A stretch of DNA of 45,656 nucleotides from Azolla caroliniana (taxonomy: Eukaryota > Plantae > Polypodiophyta). The notes under the pieces are model-generated. The model was not told the origin of the DNA, made no database searches, and worked only from the letters and a program-made list of their open reading frames with translations. The translations under genes and the position numbers were made by a program. Positions 23,084 to 35,962 of this stretch are shown one piece after another. Numbering within the stretch: position 1 is the first letter of the stretch; every line of letters starts with the position of its first letter. The stretch covers positions 1 through 45,656 of the forward strand of contig JBHGNT010000244.1 of assembly GCA_043228905.1 (NCBI GenBank), given 5' to 3'.

Positions 23084-25759
23084 TGTTGAGAATTGAACTC
23101 AACTTCCCATAGGAATAGGTTTCACACTAGCTCATGGACATGCTAGGCTAGTTTTGTAAATAGTAGAAAGGGCCCTTGCCCTAGTTTAGTTGGTGTTTAA
23201 ACCAACCTTTTGTAACTTTGTTGCTGTTGGATGTATTATGTTGGATGTGATATATAGTTTCCTTCTTGTTCTAAGAGCTCTCTCTCTCTCTCTCTCCCCC
23301 TCTCTCTCTCTGTTTTGCTCTCACATGCTCTTACTCTCTCTCTCTCTCTCTCACACACACATACACACACAATCCTTCTGCTACATACAACCACTCTTTC
23401 TTTTCTTTGCATGGTATCAGAGCGAGTGGTTTTCTGATCAAGACTAATCGATTGTGGTGTACTACATACCGGCGATCAATAGACCCGATTCAAGAAACAG
23501 GGAAGAAATCATCATGAATACTCAGATGGGAAGCGCTCTTTTCCTATAGAGAAGCTTGACAGTACAAACTTCACATCTTGGGAGTGCAAGATGCATCAGT
23601 ACCTTGTCAGACAAGGATATTGGAGCTATATTGAAGTAGCTCACGAAATGCAACCCAACCCAACACACGCCGACTATCCCGTTTGGGAGCAGGCCGCAAC
23701 CTGTGTGTTGTATTGCCATGGATCATGCGTACATGATCACATGCTTAGTTATATTCGCGAGGCGAAAACGCCGAAAGAAGTTTGGGGCAATCTCAAGAAG
23801 ATCTTTGCGGTCAATACAGTTGCCCGTAAGCTTCAACTTTGTCAGGAGCTGAATAGTATTCATCAAAGGGACATGTCAATCGACAACTATAACTTGAAGA
23901 TCAAGGAGTTATGTGACGCCCTCAGATCGATCAATGTCATCATCGATGATGATGAAATGGTGCAAATATGCCTCGACAGCTTAGCACCCCGATTTGGCTC
24001 TATTAGATCGGTCATCCTTGCAAGGGGGAACCTTCCTTCATTTTTCAATGTCCAATCAATATTGTTGGTTGAGGAAAATCACGCCTAACAAAGGAGCAAC
24101 ACACCAGAGGGTCATATGCTCTACTCCCAGTCGGATGATAGAAGAAATTTTGGCCGTGGAAATAGAGGTCGATTCGGACAAGGCCGTCATAGTCGGCAGA
24201 CCCAAGAGCGTAACTCCCACCAATGGCAAGCGGATAGGAATAGTCCCAGAGAGTTCGGCAAAAGGGGGAGTCATCATGCCAGACCAAGAAATCATAATAA
24301 CCTAATCGAATGCGGATACTGCGGAAAACTAGGTCACTACGAAGAGGAGAGCCGAAAGATGAAGCGAGAGTCGGCTTCAACGAGCCGACAGCTCACGAAC
24401 TACGCATCGAATTCCGACTACGACGATCGTAGCAGAATGTTCATGATGAGGCACAAAGCACATTCAATGTCAACACAAGGTGAAACAAGCACGACGCCCA
24501 CAAAGAATGTATGGTTTGTTGACTCAAGAGCATCCAACCACATGACGTCTCATGAAGATTGGTTTCGGGAATTATGAAAACACAAACGTCGCGGATATGT
24601 TGAAACAGGCGATGACACGACTCATCCAATACAACATATTAGGAACGTTCCATTCGGAAACAACGACAAACAAACCTACCTCAAGAACGTAGTGCATGTT
24701 CCTACCATCACGAAAAACCTGGTCTCGGTCAGCCAAATTGTCGAACAAGGAATGCCATTGCAACAAAAGGGTGACACCTCCACCAGATGGACGTCAAGAA
24801 CGCCTTTCTTCAAGGAGAATTAGAAGAGGAGGTGTACATGATCCAACCACCCGGTTTTGAATCGCGCAATCATCCGAACGTCGTGTGCTGACTCAAAAAG
24901 CCACTCTACGGCCTCAAACAAGCACCACGTGCATGACATTCGAAGATCACACAGTATCTTCATCAAATTAGATTTCGAATGTCAAAATCTGATAAATCTC
25001 CGTACATTCGAAATGAGTTGGACATCATGATTATCATCATCCTATATGTGGATGATTTGGTCATCGGAGGAAAGAATCTCGCCGAGATTAACAAGGTCAA
25101 ATCACTTCTCTCCAGCAGATTCGAAATGAAAGACCTACACGAGCTCCATTACTTTCTAGGCATTGAAGTAATTCAGACACCAGTCAAAATAATGATCTCT
25201 CAATACTACATTCTCAAGTTACTCTACAAGTTTGGATTAACTGAGTGCAAATCTGTGTCTACCCCTCTCGATCATGATCTCCAGATCGATGCCAATTCTG
25301 GCACAATCGAGAGCGAGCCAACTCAGTATCAACAACTCAACTTATCAGTCGGCCTGCTTAGCCAGTTCATGCAGAATCTGCGAAATCTTCATCTGGATTG
25401 CGCTAAGCAAATACTTTGGTATGTTAGTACGACGATGGATTATGACATCGTGTTTAAGTCAAATAAGATCATTCGACTCGAAGGGTACACAGATGCGGAC
25501 TAGGCAGGATACAAAGAGGATAGACGATCCACATCCGGATTCGTCTTCTCCCTTGGTAGCGGAGCGATCTCCTGGAGCAGCAAGAAGCAACCGACAATCG
25601 CGCTGTCGAGTACGGAAGCTGAATATAGGGCCGCGGCCATCGCCGCGTGCGAAGCTCTATGGGTCAAGCGTACACTGAAGGATCTGGGCGTACCCATCAT
25701 GGATCCGATTCGTCTATATTGCGACAACATGAGTAGTATCTACTTGGCACGGAACCCTT
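23084..25759 (+). mobile_element. Copia element C: 5' LTR (23084-23411), PBS, gag, protease, RT/RNase H; integrase deleted, 3' truncated
   Basis: TG...CA LTR similar to 26822-27100 in reverse, followed by the PBS tggtatcagagc. Gag zinc knuckle CGYCGKLGHYEEES, protease WFVDSRASNHMT, RT ILYVDDLVI, RNase [15 protein letters not shown]. The sequence jumps from the post-protease region directly into RT near 24755. Confidence 0.93.
23412..23429 (+). other. Primer-binding site (initiator tRNA-Met) of Copia C
   Basis: tggtatcagagc lies immediately after the LTR-terminal CA. Confidence 0.9.
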
Positions 25760-25814
25760 GGGGAATCGAAATTGGGTTCTATAAATTTTGTTAGTGTGCA
25801 TGCGTGCTTGTGCA

Positions 25815-25849
<35 letters not shown>

Positions 25850-26399
25850 ACCTAGATGGATGTATCTCAATTGGTAAGGTTACCCAATGGTCATGGGTTC
25901 AACCCTTATATTCCATAGTGGCATCTAATAAATTGAGACATATGTATGGAGTAATAGAGGCGCTAAAAGTCTTAACAACTTATCATTAGGGTACGTTAAT
26001 TAAATTAAAGAGGGAGAGAGAGTTAGCACAAATGGATATAAGCTTAGTTGGTAACAAACACCAAGGAACAGTGTTAGTAGTCTAACAACTTATCATCAAG
26101 GTAAGTTAATTTAAATTAGAGAGGGAGAGAGAGTCAACATAGATAGATGTTAGCTTAGTTGGTAAGAAAGACATGACGATCATGGGCATTAGTAAATTAA
26201 AAGGATGTTAGCTTAGTTGGTACAAAAGACATGACGATCATGGGCATTAATTAGTAAATTATAGGATATTTATTATACATTATTAATATTAAAATTACAA
26301 CAAATTAATATCTTGTACAATATAGACACAATTAGAAACCTTTAATTTTATTTTCTTGTTTGAGACTATGTCAATTAGAAACCCTAAACTAAGTTTAGG

Positions 26400-26821
26400 T
26401 ACTGATGACACAACGACTTATGTCAAGGCTGATGCAAATAACTTGGGCAGATTGCAAATTGCAATTGATGAGTACTGTAGGGGATCAGGTGCTAAAATAA
26501 ATTGGAATAAATCAGTGGGCATTTGGATCATTAATAAGCCAGTGTTAAATTAGGCCCCAGACCCCAAACCCCAATTTTAGATGGTTGAGGAGAGGAAAAG
26601 TTATTAGATACTTGGGTTTTAAAGTTGGTATGGACATCGATTGATCAGAACACTACAATCTACTAGTGGACAAAATAAAAGCGACGCAAATATGGTGGAA
26701 TGCAAGAAAACTATCCTTTGCTGGCAAAATTGTGTTTGCAAATAAGATTCTGATGGCCACTATATGGTATACTGTTGTATGCTAGATAATCATGGCCAAG
26801 TCTATGAAATTGATAAAAACG
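26400..26821 (+). mobile_element. L1-like LINE ORF2 (RT C-terminal part), left half; 5'-truncated
   Basis: DDTT..YCRGSGAKINWNKS..IRYLGF..LSFAGKIVFANKILMATIWY motifs of plant L1 RT. It continues after the Copia insertion at 40162. Confidence 0.88.
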
Positions 26822-27870
26822 TGTAAGGAAATGAGGAGAAAGAGTGATTGAGATGCAACGGAAATGTGTGTGTGTGTGTATGCACGTAAGGCAAAACAAA
26901 GAGAGAGAGAGAGAGCTTAAGACAGAGATAAAGGACATTAACAAAAAATACTTCTAACAGTAACTAAGTTACAAGGGGTTGGTTTAAATACCAACTAAGC
27001 TAGGGTAAGTGCCCTTTCTACTATTTACAAAACTAGCCTGGTATGTCCATGAGCTAGTGTGAAACCTATCTCTATGGGAAGTTGAGTGCGACTCTCAACA
27101 CACCCCATCAAACACAACTTCTACTGTCAAAAAGTGGTTTCGGTTCGGTCTTTGGAATCCGGCTTCCAACGCTTGTAATCCTCGAACTGGATTGTTTGGC
27201 TTTTCGGCTTCGTGCTTGGATCGATTAACTATGTGTTATGTACTCACGTATTGTTCTGTGTTACGTCCATGTCGACTGTAGTACTCCCCCTCAAGCTCGG
27301 CAATGTGGATGTCGTGAGACCAAGGTTCGATGCGAATTGCCCGAGCATGTCATTCCTAAGGCCTTCGTAAAAATATCCTAAGACCTACAGGTGCTTACTG
27401 ATATGTTGTAGATCGATTTCTCCGGCCTGTACGCGCTCGCGGATGAATTGGTAGTGCACTTCGATACGCTTAGTATGCTCGTGAAATACAGGGTTCCGCG
27501 CCAAGTAGATATTGCTCATGTTGTCGCAGTATAGGCGAATCAGATCGTTGATAGGTACGCCCAGATCCTTCAGTATGCGCTTGAGCCATACGGCTTCGCA
27601 TGCGGTGACGGCCGCACCCCTGTATTCAGCTTCCGTGCTCAACAGTGTGGCTGTCGATTGCTTCTTATTGCTCCAGGAGATCACTCCGCTACCAAGGGAG
27701 AAGGCGAATTCGGATGTGGATCGTCTATCCGCTTTGTATCCTGCTCAGTCTGCGTGTGTGTATCCTTCTAGTCGAATGGTCGTATTTCACTTATACATAA
27801 TGCCGTAATCCATCGTCGTACAGATATACTGGAGTATCCTCTTAGCGCAATCGATATGAAGGTTTCATGG

Positions 27871-28628
27871 TGTCGTGGAAATCCGCGTGTGCGTGTCGGA
27901 TAGGACGGGACCACAGGGGTCTTGGACTAGGGGGTAAGAGGAGGGAGAGAAGCTAGGGAGTTCAACCGAGGAGAAAGATTAAGATGCGAGAGATTAAGAT
28001 TGAAGAGAATGAGATCTAAACAAGACAAGATACATTATGGAAAGCACCACACCAATTATAACCATGGCCGTGTAGGCCGAATGTAAACCCTCTAGATGAA
28101 ACCCTAACCGGATAGGGGAAAAGAAGAAGAAGAAGACGAATGAAACCCCTAAAATGAGATCCTAAAACCCAAAATTCCGAAACCCTAATGGCAACCCAAA
28201 GAAACCCAAAAGTGGAAGCCCCTCAAAAATGGCCCCTCACTCCCTTTTATAGTAGTAAGGGGTGAGGCACATTACATAAAGAAGAGGTTAACCCCCCTTC
28301 TTTCAATGGGTGGAATATTTGGCCTTGATCTTAGGAGGAGAGATTGATGGAGCCTTAATTCCCTCTCCTCACACACACACTATGCCCACTATTCACTACA
28401 CTCGTACTTCATGTACTCTCCCTTTAGTCTACATGTGCATGTGCACATAAGTGCACATCACATTTACACTTTATGAATTTTCGTAGTGCACTTTTAACAC
28501 CTTACATTTCCCTTCCTTTTTTACATTTATTTCTTTTACAAATCTCCCAAGTGCATGTGCAATGTTGCACATCCCCATTTTATCCATCCCACTTGGTTTT
28601 CTCACCATGGCCGAAAATCCTCATGACA
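27871..28628 (-). mobile_element. Solo LTR inserted in the RT/RNase H region of Copia A; same family as 35963-36620, opposite orientation
   Basis: TGTCGTGG...TCATGACA termini. The host pol resumes on both sides. Reverse-complement similarity to 35963-36620 (e.g. cctagtccaagaccc..gtggtcccg). Flanks atgg/gcag may be a decayed 4-bp TSD. Confidence 0.85.
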
Positions 28629-29383
28629 GCAGATTCTACATGAATTGACTAAGTAGGCCGACCGAATAACTAAGGTCGGGTCGCGTAATGGTGAGATAGA
28701 TTAAGCTGCCGATCAGTTGGCGATACTGAGTTGACTCGCACACGGCTGTGCCAGAATCGACATCAATCTTGAGATTACGATCGAGTGGGGTGGACATAGG
28801 TTTGCACTCGGTCATTCCGAGCTTGTAGAGCAAGTTGAGAACGTAGTGCTATTGAGAGATCATTATTCCGACTGGTGTCCGAATTACTAACAAGAACTAC
28901 ACGCTCCGATGAACAACGCTCGGCCACAACCGAGCTTAGAATCATACATAGAAAACGGGTAATGAACGCACGACACAAAAGGAGAGAAGAGTACACAGGA
29001 TGTTTAACGTGGAAAACCCTGAGAGGGAAAAACCACAGGAGTCCACAGACTCCAAACTATCACTATATCACAATGATTACAACAGTGGCTCACGGATGCA
29101 ACAACCTCGTGCTCATGATCTTCGCCACAGGTGGCGGTTACAACAGAGGCAACGACCTCTTCCTCTCTCTCTCTATACATTGTTACGCGCTCTCTAGTCT
29201 TGCACCAACAAGAATGACAACAACTACAAAAAACTGAGTTTGCCCTAAGTCATATTTATACTAATATGACTTTTCGTCTATTTACAAATATAGCTCCAAT
29301 GGACTCTCAGGAAACATATTTATGAATATGCCCCTTCATCCGGTGAGCACTTCTCACCGGGCCTTCACCATCCGGCTCTTGCC

Positions 29384-29580
29384 GGGTACTCCTCATTGGG
29401 TTCTCACCGGGTCTTCCATAGTTGGGTACTCCTCATCCGGTTCTCACCGGTCTTCCGTAGCTGGGTACTCCTCGTCCGGTTCTCACCAGGTCTTCCGTAG
29501 CTGGGTACTCCTCATCCGGTTCTCATCGGGTCTTCCATAGCTAGGTACTCCTCATCCGGATCTCACCAGGTCATCCGATC
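29384..29580. repeat. 40-bp tandem repeat x5 in the 3' LTR of Copia B (x3 at 34190-34308 in the 5' LTR)
   Basis: Unit gggtactcctcatccggttctcaccaggtcttccgtagct, counted directly. Confidence 0.93.
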
Positions 29581-29612
29581 CGGAGGGACCTGTTTCCTAA
29601 CAAACTCCCCCT

Positions 29613-32600
29613 TCACTCCGGCATGGGATGTCTTAGTAGTCCAACCCGCTTCTGACATGCATTCAGCTTGTCAGGTGTCAGTACTTTGGTCAACATATCT
29701 GACCCGTTCTCGGCCGTGTGGATCTTCGTTAGCGCGAACTCCTGGTCATCTACTCTTTCCCGGATCCAGTGATACCTACGCTGGATATGCTTCGTCTGGG
29801 AATGGTAGGCCGCATTCTTAGCAAGGTGGATGACACTTTGACTGTCGCAATAGAGCCGATATTCATCTTGCCGGATACCGAGCTCTCCGATGAAGTCCTT
29901 CATCCATAATATTTCCTTGCCGGCTTCCACAACTGCCATGTATTCCGCTTTCGTGGTTGACAACGCAACCATCTTTTGTAGTCTCGACTGCCACGAAACA
30001 GCTCCCCCTGCATATGTCATTACATACCCAGATGTAGACCGGCTGGTATCCACATCAGCCGACATGTCCGAATCGGTAAAACCGTCGAGTTGAGGTTTAC
30101 CAGAGCCGAATCGGAGACACATGTTCGAAGTGCCCTTCAAGTACCGGAGTATCCATTTGACCACGTTCCAGTGCTCCTTGCCAGGATTGCTCATGAACTG
30201 GCTCACCACTCCAACTGCGTATCCTATATCTGGCCGGGTACACACCGTTGCGTACATTAAGCTCCCGACGGCAAAGGCATATGGAACCTTCATCATATCA
30301 ACCTTCTCTGCTTTCATCTTCGGGCTTTGCTTACCGGATAATCTGCAGTTTGCCGGGAGTGTCGATCCGACCGGTTTCGCTTCTAACATGTTGAACCGCT
30401 GAAGCACCTTTGTCACGTATTTCTCTTGTGACAGCCACAATTGCTTCGTTGGCCGGTTCCGGATGATATGCATCCCCAACATCTGTCTTGCCGGACCCAA
30501 GTCTTTCATTGAGAAGGTCCGGTTGAGAGCCTTCTTCAGCATCCGTATTTTGGCTTGGTCCCCTCCGACGATCAACATGTCGTCCACGTACAGAAGGAGT
30601 ATCAGGAAGTCGCCTCCTTCGAACTTCTTCACAAACACATAGTGATCAGCCTGCGTCTTGTGGTACCCTTGATCGGTCATGAAGGAGTCGAACTTCCAGT
30701 ACCATTGTCGGGGAGCCTGCTTCAGTCCGTACAGGCTCTTCTTCAACCGGCAAACCAAGCGCTCCTTCCCTTTCTCCACGAATCCTTCCGGTTGCTGCAT
30801 GTAGATCTCCTCTTCGAGGTCACCGTGAAGGAATGTTGTCTTCACGTCCAGCTGCTCTACCTTGAGGTCCATGCTTGCCGCAATACTCAGCACCGTCCGG
30901 ATGGAGGTCATCTTTACTATCGGGGCAAATATCTTGTCGAAGTCCACACCCTTCTTCTGCTGGAACCCCTTGACCACGATCCTGGTTTTGTATCTCAGGG
31001 GGTTGCCGACATCTCCCGGTTTCAACTTGTACACCCACTTGTTTTGGAGTGCCCTCTTTCCTTTCGGCAACTCCACCAATTCATACGTATGGTTCTCATG
31101 GAGGGAATCCGTCTCATCTTGCATGGCACTTAACCATTTGCGGCTATGGGCGTCACTTTTAGCTTCCTCGAAGCTTTTTGGCGAGTCCCCCTCATCGGTC
31201 AGCAGCACATGCTCTGCATCCGGAAATCTCCGAGGGGCCCTTCTCTCTCTGAGAGGATATCTCCGTCTTTGGGCTTCGGTAACCGGCTCCTCCATTTCCT
31301 CTTCATCCGAATCCGATTCGGGGTCTTGGCCAGTTCCGGTTTCAGCTTCCTCCACTTCTTCTTCTGCCGGTTCGGTATCCTCACCGTAACCGGCTGGTTC
31401 CTCGAGTGCTAACCGATCTCTTGCCGGTTGGGTCTGCTCATTGTAGAATTGATCCTTACCGGTCGACTCGGGGTTCATTATCTTCTTCTCCGACTCCCAG
31501 TCAACGAGCGTCTTGTCCTCCATGAAGATAATATCTCGACTCCGGAATACCTTCTTGTCGACCGGGTCCCACACTCGGTAGCCGAACTCATCGTCGCCGT
31601 AACCAAGGAATATGCATGATCGGGTCTTCGGATCTAGTTTTCCTCTCCGGTCCTTAGCTACATGCACATATGCAAGACACTCGAATACCTTTAGACGCCG
31701 GTAGGACACTTCCTTACCGGTCCAGACTCTCTGTGGCGTGTCTCCGTCCAAGGGTACTGAGGGTGATCTGTTTATCACATATGTCGCCGTCGACAGTGCC
31801 TCAGCACAAAACTTCTTGGGTAGTTTTGCATGCGCCAGCATACTCTGGACCCTCTCCATTATGGTCCCGTTCATCCTCTCGGCCAACCTGTTTAGTTCTG
31901 GCATCTTCGGCACGGTAATTTCGAGCCGGATTCCCTTCGAGTGGCAATACTCCTCGAACTGCCCCTAGTATTCTCCTCCGTTATCTGCTCGAACCGCCTT
32001 CAGCTTCCGGCCGATTTCTCTTTCCACTCTTGCGTGGAGCTCTTTGAAGACAGATAACACTTGATCCTTCGTCTTCAACGGTGTGGCCCACAGCTTCCGG
32101 CTGTGGTCATCTATGAACGTCACGAAGTACTGCGATCCTTCATGTGACTTTGTGTCCACTTGACACACATCAGTATGCACCAACTCTAGTGGTGCATTAC
32201 GTCTCATCGGTGGCCTTGGTCGGAAGGAGGTTTGGTTTTGCTTACTGGCCAGACAATCAGTGCACTTCTCCAAGTGCACGTTCTTCACTGGAATGAGGTT
32301 GTTGTCTACAAGACTCTTCATCCCCTTCTCACTCATGTGACACAACCTTTTGTGCCACAGCTCACCGGTAGTGTCGGATGCCACGTTCACTTCCTCCGGA
32401 CATAACCGGGCATTCATCAGGTACAACGTGTTTACCTTCTAGGCCCGAGCCACAATCAGGCTCCCTTTGCTGAACTTCATAACACCGTTCCGGATGCTAC
32501 CCGTGTAGCCTTCATCATCTAGCCGACCGGCTGATATCAGGTTCAGACGAACCTCTGGAACATGTCGGACATCCTTCAGCAGCAGCTTGCATCTGGTTGG

Positions 32601-33662
32601 TGTTGCCAGCTACACGTCTCCTATGCCGACAATTCGGAATGTACCTTCATTCCCCATCCGGACACAGCCGTGATCACCGACTGAGTAGGATGAGAAGCAT
32701 TTCCGGTCTGGGGTAAGGTGGAATGACGCTCCAAAGTTGACCACCCAGGTCATCTCGTCGCCGGCAAGGTTTAGCTCACTCTCCTCCGCGATGAGCATCA
32801 ACTCTTCTTCACTTGCCGCGATTGCCGTCGTTCCCTTCCGGTCCGACCCCCTCCGATATTTACAGTTCCGGTCCGGTGTCCGCTTCGAATTGGTACCGTC
32901 TGTTTCCTTGTCTTTTCGGAAATGCCAACAGTTCTTCTGGAAGTGTCCCGGCTTGCCGCAATAGAAGCAAGTAGGCCTCCCCCTTGACTTTGACCGTGTC
33001 CCCGACTTCTCCCGGTTCTGGGGACTACGGTTCCTTTGTCTTCCGCGTTCCGATTCGGTAAGGAGCGCTTTGGAGTCGGAGCTCGTATCCTTATCTTTCC
33101 GACGCGCCTCCTCATCTAGCAAGCTCGACTTCACTCTTGCTAGGGATAACCGTTTCCCTTCCGGCCCGGCGTTGCCCAAAGTGACAACCAACGTCTCCCA
33201 GCTATCTGGTAGGGAACCGAGCAGGAGTAGCGCTAGTACCTCATCGGTGAGAGGTACTTCCATTGATGTTGCCTGGTGTATCATCCCCTGGAAGGCATTC
33301 ATGTGCTCCGCCATGCTGGAGCCATCTTGGTACCGGAGTCTTACTAGCTTCCGGAATACTGAAACCTGGTTAACAACATTTTTGATCTGAAACATAATGC
33401 CGATCTTCTCCCAGAGCTCATGAGCCTTGCTCTCTTCATTGAAGTTGTTGTATAGACTCATGTCGATGAAGCACCGTATGTACGCCGTTGTCTTCATATG
33501 CATCACCTCCCATATCGTGGTGTCGATTTTGTCCGGTCTCTTGTCCCCGAATTGAACCGGCAACCAAAGATCTTTAACCACGAGCATGCCCCTCATCTTC
33601 GACTTCCACACCGAATAGTTGGAGCCGGTGAGCTTAAACATGCCTCCCAACGAATCGTCCAT
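29613..33662 (-). pseudogene. Copia B gag-pol polyprotein (1350 codons, single frame, three internal TAG stops)
   Basis: Gag with CFYCGKPGHFQKNC, protease WVVNFGASFH, GAG-pre-integrase LWHKRLCHMSEKG, integrase LVHTDVC..RADNGGEY, GKLDPK, RT LLLYVDDMLI, RNase H CDSQSVIHLAKN. ORFs 32610-33662, 31965-32426 and 29613-31913 share one frame. Confidence 0.95.
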
Positions 33663-35962
33663 TTTCTGTGTCGTTTCGCTCTAATACCACTTTGACAGGA
33701 ACTACACGCTCCGATGAACAACGCTCGGCCACAACCGAGCTTAGAATCATACATAGAAAACGGGTAATGAACGCACGACACAAAAGGAGAGAAGAGTACA
33801 CAGGATGTTTAACATGGAAAACCCTGAGGGGGAAAAACCACGGGAGTCCACAGACTCCAAACTATCACTATATCACAATGATTACAACAATGAGCTCACG
33901 GATGCAACGACCTTGTGCTCACGATCTTCGCCACATGCGGCGGTTACAACAGAGGCAACGACCTCTTCCTCTCTCTCTCTATACATTGTTACGCGCTCTC
34001 TAGTCTTGCACCAACAAGAATGACAACAACTACAAAAAACTGAGTTTGCCCTAAGTCATATTTATACTAATATGACTTTTCGGCTATTTACAAATATAGC
34101 CCCGATGGACTCTCAGGAAACATATTTATGAATATGCCCCTTCATCCGGTGAGCACTTCTCACCGGGCCTTCACCATCCGGCTCTTGCCGGGTACTCCTC
34201 ATCCGGTTCTCACGGGGTCTTCCGTAGTTGGGTACTCCTCGTCCGGTTCTCACCAGGTCTTTCGTAGCTAGGTACTCCTCATCCGGTTCTCACCGGGTCA
34301 TCCGATCCGAAGGGACCTGTTTCCTAACAATTACTTCAATGCATAGGAAGTAATGGAGCTCGTGCAGGTCTTTCATTTCAAATATGTCGGAAAGAAGTGA
34401 TTTGACCTTGTTAATCTCGGTAAGATCCTTTCTTCTGATGACCAAATCATCCACGTAAAGGATGATGACAATCGGGCTATTCGACTCATTTCGGATGTAT
34501 AGAGAAGTGTCGGACTTTGACATTCGAAATCCAATCTGATGAAGCTATTGCGTGATCTTTGAGTGTCACGCTCGCGGTGCTTGTTTGAGACCGTAGAGAG
34601 GCTTCTTGAGGCGGCATATGACATGCGGATGATTACGCGATTCAAATACGGGTGGTTGAATCATATACACTTCCTCTTCTAATTCTCCTTGGAGGAAGGT
34701 GTTTTTCACATCCATCTGGTGGAGGTGCCACACTTTCGCCGCTACAAGAGCAATTGCAGTCCGCACGGTGGTCATCTTTGCCATTGGGGCAAAGGTTTCT
34801 TCGTAGTCAGCGCCGTGCATTTGTGCATACTATTTCACAACAAGCCATGCTTTGAAGCAATTTATAGATCCATCAGGATTGTGCTTCACCTTGTAAATCC
34901 ATTTGCAAATAATTGCTTTCTTGTTCGAAGGGTGAGGAACGAGATCCCAGGTCTTGTTTTTGCATAATGCTTCCATTTCCTCATTCATCGTATTGACCCA
35001 TCGCGGATCCTTTACGGCTTCGGAAAACGTCTCCGGCTCCCGTACTGACGCTACCTTCATCATGAAGGCGTAATGGTACACAATATAATTGTTGTAGCTG
35101 AATCGGCTTACATGGTTCTTTGCACAGGTGGATCGACGGAGCTTCTTGGATGCTAAGGATTTCTTCGCTCCATCTGTTCAGATGATTGGGATGTCCATGC
35201 CTTCGAACTCACTGTCGAGGGAGTGAGTCGACGCGTTGTCGATTAGATCTTCATATTTAGACATCTTGGCCTTCTCTCTGTCGAGTTTCGGACTCAATCG
35301 AAATGTGCTTTGGTCACTTGGGGGCTCCCGTGGTCCACTAAGCCGTGTCATAATTGGGCTTTCTTCGTACATGCGCCTGAGCCGATCTTTGTCTTCTATC
35401 TCCATTTCAGTGGATTCCAGGTTGAGCGGAGTCAGAGTCGAAGTTGTTTTTGGTGCGTACCAGGATGTGGACTCGTCGAAAACGACATCTCGACTTATGG
35501 GAGCTTTTTGGGTAGATGGTTTGTAGCATTTGTACCCCTTCTGTTCAAGTGAGTATCATACGAGGATAAATTTTTCTAACTTCGGCTTGAGCTTTTGTCG
35601 CGTATCGTCGGGAATATGCACGTAAGCGATTGCGCCAAAAATGCGGACATGTGATAAGTCCGGCTTCTTTTGAAAGAACCTCTCATGAGGAGTTACGTCG
35701 TGTACTCCCGAGGTTGTGCACCTAACCATGACGTATACAACCGTGTTCGCCGCTTTTGCCCAGTACGATTTCGACAGGTTCTTCTCATTCATCATAGCTC
35801 GAGCGACTTCTAGTATGTGTTGATTTTTACGCTCAGTTACGCCATTCTGCTGAGGTGTGTGACAGCATGAGAATTCTCATCGGATTCCTTCCTTTCGGAG
35901 ATACACCGTAAACTCATCCAAAAGGTATTCTTTGCTTCCATCCGATCGAAGGCAACGTACGT

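Larger units (their letters stand above)
28888..34329 (-). mobile_element. Copia element B (Tnt1/Tto1-like), structurally complete, nested in the RT of Copia A
   Basis: LTRs 28888-29602 (715 bp) and 33693-34329 (637 bp) are highly similar. TSD ATTAC at 28883-87 and 34330-34. PBS tggtattagagcg at ~33677-33689 and PPT agggggagtt at 29603-29612. Confidence 0.97.

Noticed and set aside
28875-29237. 120-aa ORF repeated at 33668-34003
   Set aside because: It is the antisense reading of the duplicated LTR, not a duplicated gene.
29384-29580. CRISPR-like array
   Set aside because: Units are contiguous with no unique spacers, lie inside a plant LTR, and have no cas genes nearby.
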